Shown here: one piece after another, positions 35,502-48,172 of the stretch
Layout: every line of letters begins with the position of its first letter
Position numbering within the stretch: the first letter of the stretch is position 1
NCBI RefSeq assembly: GCF_024521635.1
Contig: NW_026250433.1
Location: forward strand, 1-64,000
Direction of reading: 5' to 3'
Source: Tricharina praecox
Taxonomy: Eukaryota
Length of the DNA: 64,000 nt
Notes under the pieces: model-generated
The model's database searches: none
Told to the model about the DNA's origin: nothing
The model's input: only the letters and a program-made list of their open reading frames with translations
Made by a program: the position numbers and the translations under genes

Positions 35502-38500
35502 CGTGTTGAGTCGTTAGGTTTCTGTTCTGCAGTCCGATTTGCAGACGGATGATCGATACGGTGTGATGAAAACACCCCCCAAGGAAAAGCTAACCAATAT
35601 ACAGGTTCCACGGGGCGATCTGAGCCTCAAATACAAGCTGATAGAGTCCTGCCCCAGCTGGCCCCATCCCATGAAGTGGAGTTTCGATACGGCAAGGATG
35701 CAACCCGCGAGTGAGCACCCGTGACCCTCGCTTCGTGCGGCGCTTGGGGATAAATGCGTTCCCCATGGTGCGGCAGCTGCAGTGGCTGGAATGTGATGTG
35801 CAGTCTACGGGAACGCGAGCGCCGTGGGTGTGGGTAGCAGAAGATGGGTAGGTAGTCACGTACATACGGTACCTCCGAGTTATCCGTTGCTATATCGGGT
35901 ATTATCGGCCTGCCAGAGCGCAGCGGTGCAGTCTAGTCCTCGTGCTGAACTGAGTTCTGACTGTGTAGGATATCGGAATGCCAGGTGCAGCCTGCACGAC
36001 GGAATATGGTACGTGGGTCTGTTTTATAATTGGTGTAGTAAGGCCTCGGCAGCAAAGTCGCCTGTGTAGTGTGGAGATCCGTCGGCGTCTTACTGTTTAC
36101 ATTCCAGCAGAAGCCACGATGTCGGCAGATCCTGGAGAGCAGGCTGAAAACTTATGGACTGATCTCTGACTCTGAGCTCAGCCTTCAGAGTCTCGACTCG
36201 AACTTTTGCAGAAGCAAAAGTCCAAACGTGGGCTAACTATAGGTACATGCGATCACAGGGCCACAGGCCCCACGTTGGATGTTCTGAGCTGCCTACTGCC
36301 AAGTGGTAATCTCCCTCGGGCTTTAACCACGTCTCGAGGAATGACATTCAATAGGTACCTACTTCTTAGGTAAACGATTCCAGAAGCCACAGCCGCCGCC
36401 ACCACCACAACCACACGATGTCGCGGAAGACATCATGGGGCTTCCGGTCCTGTAGCCGCTCCGGAATCCGGATGGATGGATGGATGGTTGCCATGGTTCG
36501 ACTCATTGATGTTTCACGTTGATGGACAGATACCTAGCGCAGACAACCGAGAGACGGGACCCGCGCGGCAATGAGGCGAAGAGACGAGGCATACCTACGG
36601 GAGCCAGTACCAGGGACCGCGGGAGTAGGGGACCGCGGGAGTATGGGTTCGCTAGAGTAGAGTATTTGTAGCGCTCTTTGCTGCCTCCGGCGGCGGACCT
36701 ACCGCGGCTGGTCCGCTGTGGCTGTGGCTGTACTCTACAGTACATCAGGGTGTGGGCTGTACTCTACATCATTTACCTACTCTAGACCCAGCAGCGCCTG
36801 CTCCTTCGGCAGTGGGCGCTGAAGAGCTATCTACCGTACTCTACTTACCTGTCGAGGACGCCAGCCCCACTCCCTTCCATTCTTCCTCCTCTTCTTCTCT
36901 CAGCTGTCGTACTCCACCTGTCGAGAATGCCAGCCCCACTCCCTTCAGACTTCCATTCTTCCCCCCTCTTTCTTTCAGCTGGCGTTACTCGTTACAGCAC
37001 ATTCATGCTATGGATAGACGGTATCTACAGTAATAGTGGTAGTCTAGAGTACCATAGGTACTTCGTGAACCCAGAGCACGGTCCGTTGACACAGTACCGT
37101 ACCGTACATACCATCGCAAACAATATCCGCCACCCTTGCTGTAATAGCCACGTTCAGTTACCTACTGCATTCGCACCGCCGGTCTGGTGGGCGGCTGGAG
37201 CTTGGATTGGTTTGCCCTAGTTAGTTAGGTACCTAGTGCTACGATGTGCAGGCGAAACGCAACGAGCGGCGAGCAGCGGGGCAAGGCGCACTTTGTTCAA
37301 CGGAAGTTATCGATTAACAAGCCCTGAACAGTGAAGACGGCCACGATACATACTCTACAGTCGGAAGGTTCCATCACTATATCCAGCAAGTGCTAGGTAA
37401 TCTACCATAGGTATGGAAGATTGGAGTGATGTGTGCACGCGGGCGCGGCGACACGGACACTCGGTCATTGAAATTGGGATGTATGTATGTAGTACTGGAA
37501 GTGTGCAACAGGCAGAGTTCTCGTTCAATTGACGGCCTAGATAACGTAGATATCGTATCGCATATATTCCCACCGTCCAACAACAATGACAACAATAACA
37601 ACAACAACGACACCATAGTCCACCCGCCCGCCAGCCTCGAGAGAACAACAGCCCTCCACTTCCACTTCCGCTTCCGCCTTCCCGACCGACCGACCGCAGT
37701 CCTCCGACACAACAAAAAGAAAAGAAAAGAAACCCCCACCCCTCCCACGAGTATGTGACTCCCAGGAGGTGGAAGAAGAGGAGGTGGTGACGGTGGTGGT
37801 AGTAGGTGATGCTGCCGGCAAGGGCTGATCGAGAGCAGCGGCGAATTGAGGTTGATTCTTCAATGGCTATCGATTTGACAGTCGTTATAGAATCGAGCGA
37901 CGTCGTGAACTACCAAAATTTGGTAGTCATACCTACTCGAAGAGTTCGAGTATATAGGTATTCCAGTTTTGGCTAGCGATGCGCAGTCAAATCGGCGTCG
38001 GAGAAACTCGCACTACCAAGTTGGTAGTTCGAGAATCGCACGAGCGCGCACTACCATGGTCATTAGTAGTGGGCTCGTTCATCTTCGCAGATCTGCGAAG
38101 TGTGTCGACGCTGTCGGACGCAACGACGGAGTGCGTCGACGGTACCACCGTGGTGGTGGGTGTTGCTAGGGGGGGGGCTTCGGGTTTCGAAGTCTGCGTG
38201 AAGAGGGGGGGAATTTTGGGCGGCGGAGAGCGCCATTTATCGCCTGGACGGGTGCGCGGAAATCGGCTCATTCCAGAGTGAGGGGTTTGTTGTTGCTACA
38301 TACATACCGTACGCCGTACGTACCACCACACCGCATGACTGCGGCAAGAATGGGGCTGTATCACGTTTGCGGGGGTAGGTGGTTATGTGCCCCCCATCAT
38401 ACATACCACAGTCCAGGGAATACCATACTTGGCACTGCGCACAGTGTGTTATCTACAAATGTACCCATGCGCGGTCCTCACTTCCATCATCCATGATCAC

Positions 38501-39296
38501 TTGCCGTGCGGGATCAAGGGCGAATCGGCGATAGCTTTTGCGCTCGTGATGTCCCAGCTACCTAGGTAGTTAGCTAGTTGACTGCTGGAGTCTGGAGTCT
38601 TGGATTTTATTTTTGAATGCAAAATGCTACATACTGGCTTCGGGACGGACCGTCTTTCGCGCCTGTGCCTGTGATCTCGGCGTACCAGTATGACATCGCC
38701 ACATCCTGATAATGGAGAACATGAGTGCACGGTACATACTAGTACTGAAGTGGATGATGAGCTATATTGGCGAAGACAGAGAAGGGGACATGGGGAGGTA
38801 AACAGACGTCGTCTATATAATATACTCTACCTACACGAGGCTGGAGAATACCGTAGCGTGCTCACATTCACCACAACTCTCCGACCAGTGGGTCATGTTA
38901 TTCACCACTTGACGTTGTCCTTCTTCGCCAATTCCTCGGCCCTATCGCAAAGCTTGGTACGGAACCCACACTTCACTGAGCCAGCCTACTCATGAGGTCG
39001 CTGCTCGCTTGCCCGGAGCCGGTCAGCTACTTGTCAAGTAGCAAAGTTTGCGATGAGGTTGAAGCATATACTTTCCCCGGGTTTTAAAGTGCGTTGGTGT
39101 CGTTGTTGGTGTTGGTTTTCAGAGCCCGTTGCGCGGTTACAGTCAATTCAACGGCATGACACCCCTGGATCAATTACTAGTAGCGGCTCCATCATGTCCC
39201 CGTATTAGTAGGCGACCTATGTATGACATAAGCTCGCCACGTCTCCGTCGTCCTCGCTCGCAGTCGACCACCCAACATCCAAAAGTACACAGCAAC

Positions 39297-40148
39297 ATGT
39301 ACCTCACGATCCCGCAAACCCTCCTCTCCGTAGGTGTTCTCTTCCTCCTCGTGGCCATCCCCACGCATGCCCGCACCACCACCACCTCGCAAGAGCGAGC
39401 GCACTTCATGCGCGCAACACTGCACACGCTGCAAGGCCCATGCCCGCGGAACCCATTCACCGCGCTGATCGTGAACCACACGGCGTCGCCGGCGACAATC
39501 GTGTGCACGGGTAGCAACAGCGCATACGCCGACGGCTACCATCCCGTGATGCACGGCGAGATGGCCGCAATCATGAATTGCTCGCGCTTGCTAAGCTCCA
39601 GGGAGGCCTGGGCAGATTTGAGCATCTACACGGATGCTGAGAGTTGTCCTATGGTTGGTTTTGCTCGAGGGAGAGGGGGGAGGAGGAGGAGGCACGGCTG
39701 AACGCGGGGGTGCTGCTGCTGATGATGGTGATGGTGGGCTTACATACGACGATATGCAGTGCGCCGCCGCCATTCGCTGGGCTGGCATGAGAGAGTACAT
39801 CTACGGCACGTCGGTGGCGACGCTGCTCGCCAATGGTAACTACCTATCTAGGCACTGGACGCGTGCCACCCCACCACTTCGGAGGAGGAGGAGGAGGAGC
39901 TGACGGACAATTCCCTGGTCCCAGGATGGCCACAGATCACGATCGATTCGGACGAGCTGTTTGCGCGGTCCACGATGTTGACGCCGCAGACAGAGTTGGT
40001 GTCCGATGTGCTGGCAAACGAGACGGATCCTATGTTTGCGTGGCAGTTTCGGCCCCAGGCTGAGTGTCCGAAGGGCTGTCACAGGGCCGGGACCGATTGC
40101 GTTCCGGTGGGCGGGGAGGACACTCCCGTGCCGAAGAAAGAACTGTAG
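39297..40148 (+). CDS. Cytidine-deaminase-fold zinc deaminase-like protein with signal peptide, 218 aa
   Basis: Exons 39297-39653, 39760-39835, 39925-40148. PF..LIV, HGE, AESCPMC motifs; ends ...VPKKEL. Confidence 0.88.
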
Positions 40149-40422
40149 CGTAGGTATGTATGATAGCATGTGTATATGTCTGGAGGATTTCTTTTCTGTT
40201 GGTTGGGGACTGACCAACAACTGAGCCATACTTTTGGGGGCCGTGCGGGTGCTGGTTGGGGGACCTCTTGAAATTTCTCCAGGTATCACCACACCCAAGT
40301 AATAGCAATGCATGCAGATGCGGCGAGGATGCCGACCCCACTACCTATATGAGTACCGTGTACTCAGTGTACCCCACAAATGACATTTATTCATAGGAAG
40401 CGGGGAAAAGTGATATCATATA

Positions 40423-41440
40423 TGTTCTAGCCTGCCGGGCAAAATGTGTTTTTTATAAATAGACTGGCCCGGGGGGCAAAAGACTGGATATGCGATCTGA
40501 CCGGACTGCCGAGTCAGAAAATATTCTGGACAGACCAGTCTCTGCACATACTTTTTAACCCGATAGACCGGCCTGCTGGGTGATTTTGGTCGCCTGGCCA
40601 GTCCACCGGGAATATTTTACGAGTAGACCAGCCTGCCGGAAATGATCTATGTGCATGTCTGTGGGCATCACATTTACGGCGATGGATTGAAGTATATCAG
40701 CAGTCAATAATGTACTATCGAGTCAACGCCCAAATCTTTACACAGACCTCATGTGAATCTACACGTTATTGTCCCCTCAGCCGTGCACCCTAGCCGTGCA
40801 CCCTTTTTCTCTTACTCAACACCCGTCCAATGTCTTCCTTAGCTATTCCCTTGTAGGCTCAGCCCCCCCCCCCCCCGAATACACATACCGCCACAGAAGA
40901 CCGTCGTTATGTTGCCAGTACGCCGCGCCCGTTTCTGGCTGGATGCTGTTTGGGCACCTAGGAGGAGACTGCGGCGGCTAGTTGTGGGTGCTGGTAAAAC
41001 AGCGGCGACTCGTGGACTGTTCTCAGTTCTGGCAATCATTACTTGAAAGTTCGGCAGAGGCATCTGTAGCTTCTGCTATCGCAGTAATGACGGTGATATG
41101 TAAAGGCATGTATGATGCTTGAAGATGTGAAGCCGAATATCAAATGTGTCAAACCTGATATTTGTCGATTCATGGTGGCAAGAGGAACAGCTCTTTCATA
41201 GTAGCAAGAAAAAGATTTTTTCTAATGGCACCACAGAAGGTTTTAGTTACCGAGTAGCGCCGGGAACCTGCGAGCAGACTGGCCTCCTCACAAATATGCG
41301 GGCAGACCAGTCTACTCGCAAAAACGTTTCCCCACTGTTCGGTCACTTCGTATGTCCAGTCACTTCGTCTGGGGGCCGGTCACTTGGTCTGGTGGCCGGT
41401 CCATTTTTAAAATACTAGTTTTTCCCGGCAGGCTAGAACA
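40423..41440. mobile_element. Non-autonomous TA-flanked DNA transposon (~1 kb)
   Basis: TIR TGTTCTAGCCTGCCGGG...CCCGGCAGGCTAGAACA with TA on both sides, imperfect inverted similarity further inward, no transposase ORF. Confidence 0.75.
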
Positions 41441-42961
41441 TATATATACCAAGCAGAACCACAAATCCAACAATCAGGCACTTTTCCGTCGTGAAACTGG
41501 TGGTGCCGAATAAGCCTTGAACTCGTCGTGAATCTTGGGTCAGTTCGATTGGTCTTCGGCGAACGCCTCCGCGCTCGAAATCAAGAACCCTTACCACGCT
41601 CTCGTTTCTGGTTCGGCCACATAATACATATTCCTGTCTCAAGAATGTGCACAGTGCAGTGTGATGCCAAGATACATGATTACCGTACATACATGCGGCC
41701 AAGGGGCTCCCTGCCCGTTGTGCCCCGCATCTCGCACATGCTCCAGGGTAGATTACTTTCAAGAACATATTCTAAGTGTAGGGGTAGCTAGAGCGATAAC
41801 TAATCGGTTGGACGGGAAGTGCTTACTACCAGATACCCTACATACTCCAGGCAGCTGTTGGTAGGCACTCTATGGCGAGTCCTCGTAAGGAAGGTGGGCC
41901 GAAGAATGTCCGGGGATTAGAGAGCTCGAGCGTGAGTGATGTGGGGGGGTGGGGAGGGGGAAAAGAGGATAAAAGCCCTCCACAGGTCCCCACTCCTTCC
42001 TTTCCTCTTCACGCAACCTTTGATCCCCCTCAAAGCTGATATATTTTCCCTTGGTGCCTGGGGAGACCCCACTCCCCGGCTGTCGAACCTTTTATGTTGT
42101 GTCCGAAAGGTTCAATGGAGTCACCAAAGCTACCCCGAGTCTGCTGCTGGACTACCACCATGTGGAACGACACAGACCCGAACGATGTCTCCCGCCCCGC
42201 TGCGGGGGATTCAGCACAGGGCTACATCCGTGGCCCGACCCCACTGCTGCTTCGAACTCATCGGAGCGATAAGATACCGTACGCCTGCCGCCCTCATCGG
42301 CATGATACGTATTTCAATAAACAATGGACATTGGACAATGGACAATGAACAGTCAAATGCCCTAACCCGGCATGATCGGTCAATTAAAAAATCAACCCCG
42401 CCGCTGCCCACTCTCAGCTCTCGCCGGCAGCACCCTCACACCCATCACAAAAAAAATCTCCTTCTTTTCTCTTTTTCTTTTCTCGTCGAAAGTCGGCAGT
42501 ACTAATGGGCAGGCTTGGAGGAGGGAGTCGGAGGAAGGCGTTCTGCAGGAGGGATTTTTGTTCAGTTTAGTCATCAGGAATGCGGAGTCGACGCCGTATG
42601 GAATAAGAGTCTCTGTTGTGGAAATCGTCGCGTGCCTCAATTGTAGAAGTCAAAAGCAGTGAAAGACCAACCCGAAACTAAACCTTTGCTTCCTATCAGA
42701 GCATTCCGTCTCATTCGGCATTTTCTAGTACCCGTAAGATCTAAACCAATCCCCTCTCGCCGATCGACGAGAACGTTACCATCGCCAACATCAACGTCAG
42801 AAGAAACATTTACACCTCGATACCCCCCCCCCCCCCCACCCCAGTGACCCCAACCCCGCCAACACCAAATTAAATTCCCTCACCACGTACATACACGATA
42901 CTGCAAAACAAATCTATCCCGCTTGCCCCCTCACTCCAAATCGCCAACCGCAGTGCACTCA

Positions 42962-43618
42962 CTACGCATGCCGTGTGGCCCTTTTCGCTCTCGGGCTCGC
43001 TCTCTCTGGCGCCTCCACTGCCTCGGGGACTACCATAACCCCACCCAGCTCCACCGGCTTCCCGTAGTGCAGCGTCTGCTCCGCGCGACCGCCACCACCC
43101 GCCCTCCGCCGCCGCCGCCGCCGGAGGAGCCAGAAAAGCACAAAGAGGAGTAGCGCGACGCCCACGCATCCGGCGATCGTCACGCCGACAACCGTAGCGG
43201 TTGTTGGGGCGGCCGCGGACGGTGGATCGTTCCGGCCCCCGCTCCCGCCGCCCCCGATTATCCCGCCGTCGCCGAGGTCACTGCTCGATGGAATGGGTAC
43301 CACGAACGTGTTGGTCCCTGACGGCCTAAACGTCGAAAACGGTACCTCCACCACCACCACCGATGGCGTGCCTGTGGCCCTGGAAGACGTGAACACCCCG
43401 ACGCTAGTGACCACGTCCGTCGCCGTTCGAGTGATGCGAGATGTAGAGGTGAATATCTCGCCGTCGACGGGAGCGGGGCCGTTGTCGCACGTAGACGTCG
43501 ACGAACAATGCTGCGTGAGCATGCAGCATATCGATCCACAGTCGATTGGACAGTTCTGCGGGTTTCTTCCGAGGAGCAATCGATGTCGTGGTAATGTACT
43601 AGTAGCCATGGGATCCAT
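42962..43618 (-). CDS. Cys-rich, Thr-rich single-pass membrane protein (ends uncertain)
   Basis: NCPIDCGSICCMLTQHC, S/T stalk, TM VVGVTIAGCVGVALLLFVLFWLL followed by poly-Arg. No clear signal peptide; extra exons possible. Confidence 0.6.
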   Translation of the reverse strand: MDPMATSTLPRHRLLLGRNPQNCPIDCGSICCMLTQHCSSTSTCDNGPAPVDGEIFTSTSRITRTATDVVTSVGVFTSSRATGTPSVVVVEVPFSTFRPSGTNTFVVPIPSSSDLGDGGIIGGGGSGGRNDPPSAAAPTTATVVGVTIAGCVGVALLLFVLFWLLRRRRRRRAGGGGRAEQTLHYGKPVELGGVMVVPEAVEAPERASPRAKRATRHA

Positions 43619-43959
43619 TCGGCGCGGGAGGGGGGGGGTGGGGGGGATCAGAGATCACAGTCTGCGCATGAATGGCCCCTTATGTACTCTACTCTACCCC
43701 GACCTTACATGCGCAGGCCAGCGAAGTACACGTTAAATCCCAGTGGCTGGTAGTTACATATGTGCTATAGCTAAATATGAAGAAAAGCAAATATACATAC
43801 GGGCCTATTTTTCGGCAGCGTCAGCCAACCGGAACTGTCCTGTCCAGAGCGCCACAGAATCACAGCATATCACGGTAGAGTATATCACGGCTCATCACAT
43901 GACTCGCCCGGCGGCTGTGGCTCAGCTGAAATTCACCCAGGTCTGACATATCAATGCGT

Positions 43960-44260
43960 CCGTTTCTACATATCCTCCCGTATACACGAACTCCAATTTC
44001 TAATACTCAAGGCTTGTCCGCCGGTCCACCGGCTTTCCACCCACCTCTGTCCGTTCATTCTGGCCCCGGTACCCCTCGGGAGCCTGCCGCCCCATCTTCC
44101 AGTCCTGATCCATCTGTATATCGTCTTACTTCGGGTGTAGGGGGACCTAGGTTGCTCGCCGTATGTTTTGCTTCCTCCCTTCCCTCGATGATGAAGTTCA
44201 TCGTAGGGACTCTCGCCTCCACAGCCGTGGCCCGTGGCAGCGTAAGACGCGTCACGTGAT
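43960..44260 (-). mobile_element. Short LINE RNase H relic
   Basis: IIEGREEAKHTA...RRYTDGSGLEDGAAG matches the YTDGS RNase H motif, then stops. Confidence 0.45.
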
Positions 44261-47200
44261 ACTACCGAGTGATATGTAACTAGTGCTGCCTCCGTCACGC
44301 CAAAAACAAAAACAAAAACCATCACCACCCCCGGTGGGTAGCTTGGAAACCCCAAAAGTTGAATACAAAGGTCTTTCACCCAGGTTGAACCCGGAGCTTT
44401 CCCCCAGCCCCCCTCGCCGATTGCATGGCCTAGTATACCACTAGACCACGCGGGTGTTTTTTCCGTGCTGGAAACTTGAATTCGATGCCCATAAAATGGT
44501 CGGTGCCCCCGCGACAGATAAGGTGCGCCACAACGCTTTCTGCGTTGAGCGAGCGAACAACTTCATGCCGTGTGCTTTGAATGGATTTGATGCGACGTCT
44601 TTATGCGTTTGAACGAACGATGAAGACAGCGCGGTAATCACGGCGACCCTTTTAGAGCTACTTAGGGCCTATTTATAGCCTATTGATCCACAATCGATCA
44701 GACAATTCTGTGCCTCTCTTAACTATTATCTTCCGGATACGCAGCATCACTCGTCTCTCGAGTGACTGTCTATGCGCCGTTTTCTGCGTGGGGACGTCAG
44801 AGCCCACCGCTCTGCACCGTTAAATACTGGCCGTAATTCAGCGGGTTGGGGTGCAGATGTGGGGGTAAGGGGCTGGGCTCGGCGATACTAGGTATATACA
44901 TCCTCCTGGCTACGATGCGTAACTTTCTGGCCATCGACTCGAGGGGCCAAACGTTGTAGTGCCATAGCTTCATCTACCACTACGTATTCGCGGGGATGTA
45001 CTATAGAGCTCTGACCACACGTAATGTTTCGAGAGTTTCAAAACGGAACTGTCGGCGAGGAAACCTACATATCTCATCTGTCCCAGGAATACAGTACTAC
45101 CTACCTAACCTAGTACTTGTCGGTCTAAGTCACAGTGCTGCATTTATGGAAGTTTATCATCCGTACCAAAACTGTATGTACGCATTTCGAATTTAACCAT
45201 AAACTTTATATTCTTAGCCACCCACCTGTGTCGAGGCATAGCAATGGCCTGCGTAGTCGGTGATCTCAGTACTCGCCAAAGTGCGTACTCCTGTAATAGA
45301 TGGCGTATTACTACGGTACTTCATGGATTTGATTCATGTACATGCGTAGTCTACATCAGAAACTATCGTATGTAGCTGTTGCTTGACAGCACGACCGTCC
45401 TAGATATATCATAGTTGCCCCCTTCACTCCCTTGTATGTAGGTATATATTACCAGCTCCTGAGCTCTCCTGTAGTATCCGACTATTCTTCCGCTTCCTCG
45501 TCCTCCTAAGAAGTATTCATTCTTCCCCTGCCTCAGCTCCTCCTCTGCATCCCCGCCATCCACATCCTCATCTTGGCCACCCTCGTCCTCGCTATCTTCA
45601 CCATACCTAGGTGTCTAGCCACCATCGTCCACCACCGTCCACCCGCCATTTCAATCCGCAAGGAACAGCCTGGCGTCAAAACGGAGCTCGGAGCTCACGC
45701 CGTTGCCGCCAGAGCCGCTGTCACTGTCACTGTCACTGTCACTGTCACAATCACCGTCCAGAACCGACTTGAGCGGCTAGCCACGCATGCCTTAGCCCTA
45801 CATCGGGGCAGGGCATTTGCAGAATTCTGCTGCGGCTTGTACAACACAATACATATTCCGGTTACTTAGTTCGGGAGGGCCACAGCCCGTGCGTGCCGGA
45901 TCTGGTCGGTCGGTCGGTCGGTCGGTCAGTCGGTCGATGCCTCGGTTGGCAGTTAGCGGCTGGCGGAAACATTCGGCCTGTTGCGGTCTCTTACATTACA
46001 ATCAGAACCGCCAGCGGGCCCTCCCACTCTCACGCCCTCCCGCAGCCATCCGCGCCCATCCACGAGAGGCTCGCTAACTAACGCGCGCCTGCGGTAATCC
46101 GGCGGCGGCGGCGGGAAAGCGGCCGCGCCCCGCAGCAGCTTAATTAGCGCAGCCGATGGTATTAGTCGTAGTATCCGCGCGCCGGCCGAAAGCGCAATCC
46201 GCCGTCACGGGCATCGCGGCATCGCGAGCGGCGGACTCCCAGTTCCGTATGCAGCCTCCGTGACTTCGTCCTTGTCGCCATACTCCCGCGCACCCTGGCA
46301 GCGGCGGATACGGATACGCATTCGTGGACGATCATAAGATCTCACTCTCGTATATGCCGAGATAAGAACGCTTGGAGCAACAGTAAAAGCGTCCGGAGCA
46401 ATCACCGTGTGTACAAGTTTCTGGGAATCCCGCGTCGCGCCGCGGCAAATGCGCGAGCAGGCCCCGAGTCCCCGATTGGCGGTCAAGCTCGAGTGAGCAG
46501 TAATGAATTATGACCTCCGCCGTGCCCGACCCGTTGCGCGCGAGCAGTCAAAACTACACGGCGCATGCCGTCTCTACTATAGGGATTCCTCCCCCCTCTC
46601 CTCTGACCCTAGTAGGTGGGCAAGACCGGTACCCGTCCATATCTATTGCCTCCTCGCCTCCTCGCCTCCAATTAGAGCCTTGGAGCTTTGGAGCCTTGCA
46701 TTGTGCACCGTCAGGCGGGCCGCCGAACACGCGAACACAGTACACTCGAACCGTCGCTCGAACACTGTGAGCGCACGACAGCCCGCACCCACCCACCCAC
46801 CCAGATCCACACGGATCCACACGGATCCGTGCGGAGTCGTAAGGAGCCATGCTGAAGACATGCTGACGCCTGAAACCCGAAGCACCCCCGAGTCCCGAAC
46901 CAAGCACCTACTCGGGCCCGTTTAAGGCAACCAGCTAGCCGAATACCCACCGTCATGTAAATCACGGCGTCCGGGGGGCCGCTAGAGCGTAGAGGCCAGA
47001 TTGTACATGTCCCCACTGCATCGTGGTAGAGGGAATTCCTTCATACGGATCCCCACCTCGTCGTTACTCGACGTTACTCTGCTGGGGGGCTGAGGTGCGG
47101 GCTAGAAGGAGACCCACCTAGCTATGACACCTATTACGAATACTTCCAACTCATAACTCACAAATCCTCTATACCTGAGGGAAAATGTATGATATGTATG

Positions 47201-48172
47201 ATATGTATCATACGTCTGAAACTTCTGCCCATATGATGTACCAATCGCATTCCGCGGCGTGCGTGCGTACTGCTGTGCGGCTGAGTCGTGTGGGAATCGA
47301 GAATTGAGGAACACACATGCTATCATACATGTGATGAAAACAAATGAATGCAAGTAGTAATGCCGTCTCGGTAACGAAATGTGCACTGCAGAGTGCGCTG
47401 ATCCCGCTCGTTAACGCGCATCTTTGGTGTAGGTACTCTACTTACTTACATACGAGCACCACTGTTTTCCCCAAGAAACGTACATACCAGTACCTTCTCC
47501 CAGAGTACTCTACAAGACGCCATCGCAATCGATTGCTGTTACCCCCTTCATCACAACAACAAGAAGAATTATACAATACGATTCCAGCGGTTGATGGAAC
47601 AAAATCAAAACTCCATTTGCTCTGTAAAAACAACCCCAAGTACCAACCAACCAACCAACCAACCAACCTCACACGGACCCGCAACACAACCAAGATGAAT
47701 CCCTAATGAGAAGAAGAAAAAAAAGGGCGAAAAGTATAGAAAAGCAAAAGCAAAGAGGCAAAGAAACCCCCGTTGAAAACTTAGCATGTGGAATGAAAAG
47801 CGTGGGTAACAAAACCAGGAGAGCAAGTACTTGTGAGAGATCGCAAGACAAATCAAACAAGAAAAAACAACCGTCAATCCCCAAAGTAAAGAATTAGAAA
47901 GACAACCCAGAAGAAAAGGAGAATGGTAGAAAGAAACAAAAAGGGAAACAAAAAGGGAAACAAAAAAACATATACAAGCTACAATAAAGTAGCAGATGCC
48001 GCTCGATCAGACCAGCGGAGAAAACATCAGTCATTCTCGTTCCCCCCGTCTACCCAGTTTCTTGTCGATTCCCCTGCTCTAGGTACATCCCTCATACAAG
48101 TCGTCCAACTCAAAAAGAGTCATTGATACCAGAGCACACGGCAACCTCTCACCAGGTCCGGTGCCCTAACCG

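Noticed and set aside
37600..38271. Possible small spliced minus-strand gene (MSRFPRTRPG...)
   Set aside because: Could not build a consistent exon chain or see homology.
46080..46260. GC-rich stretch with GAAA loops as a structured ncRNA
   Set aside because: No known RNA family motif; such pairing is expected at this GC content.
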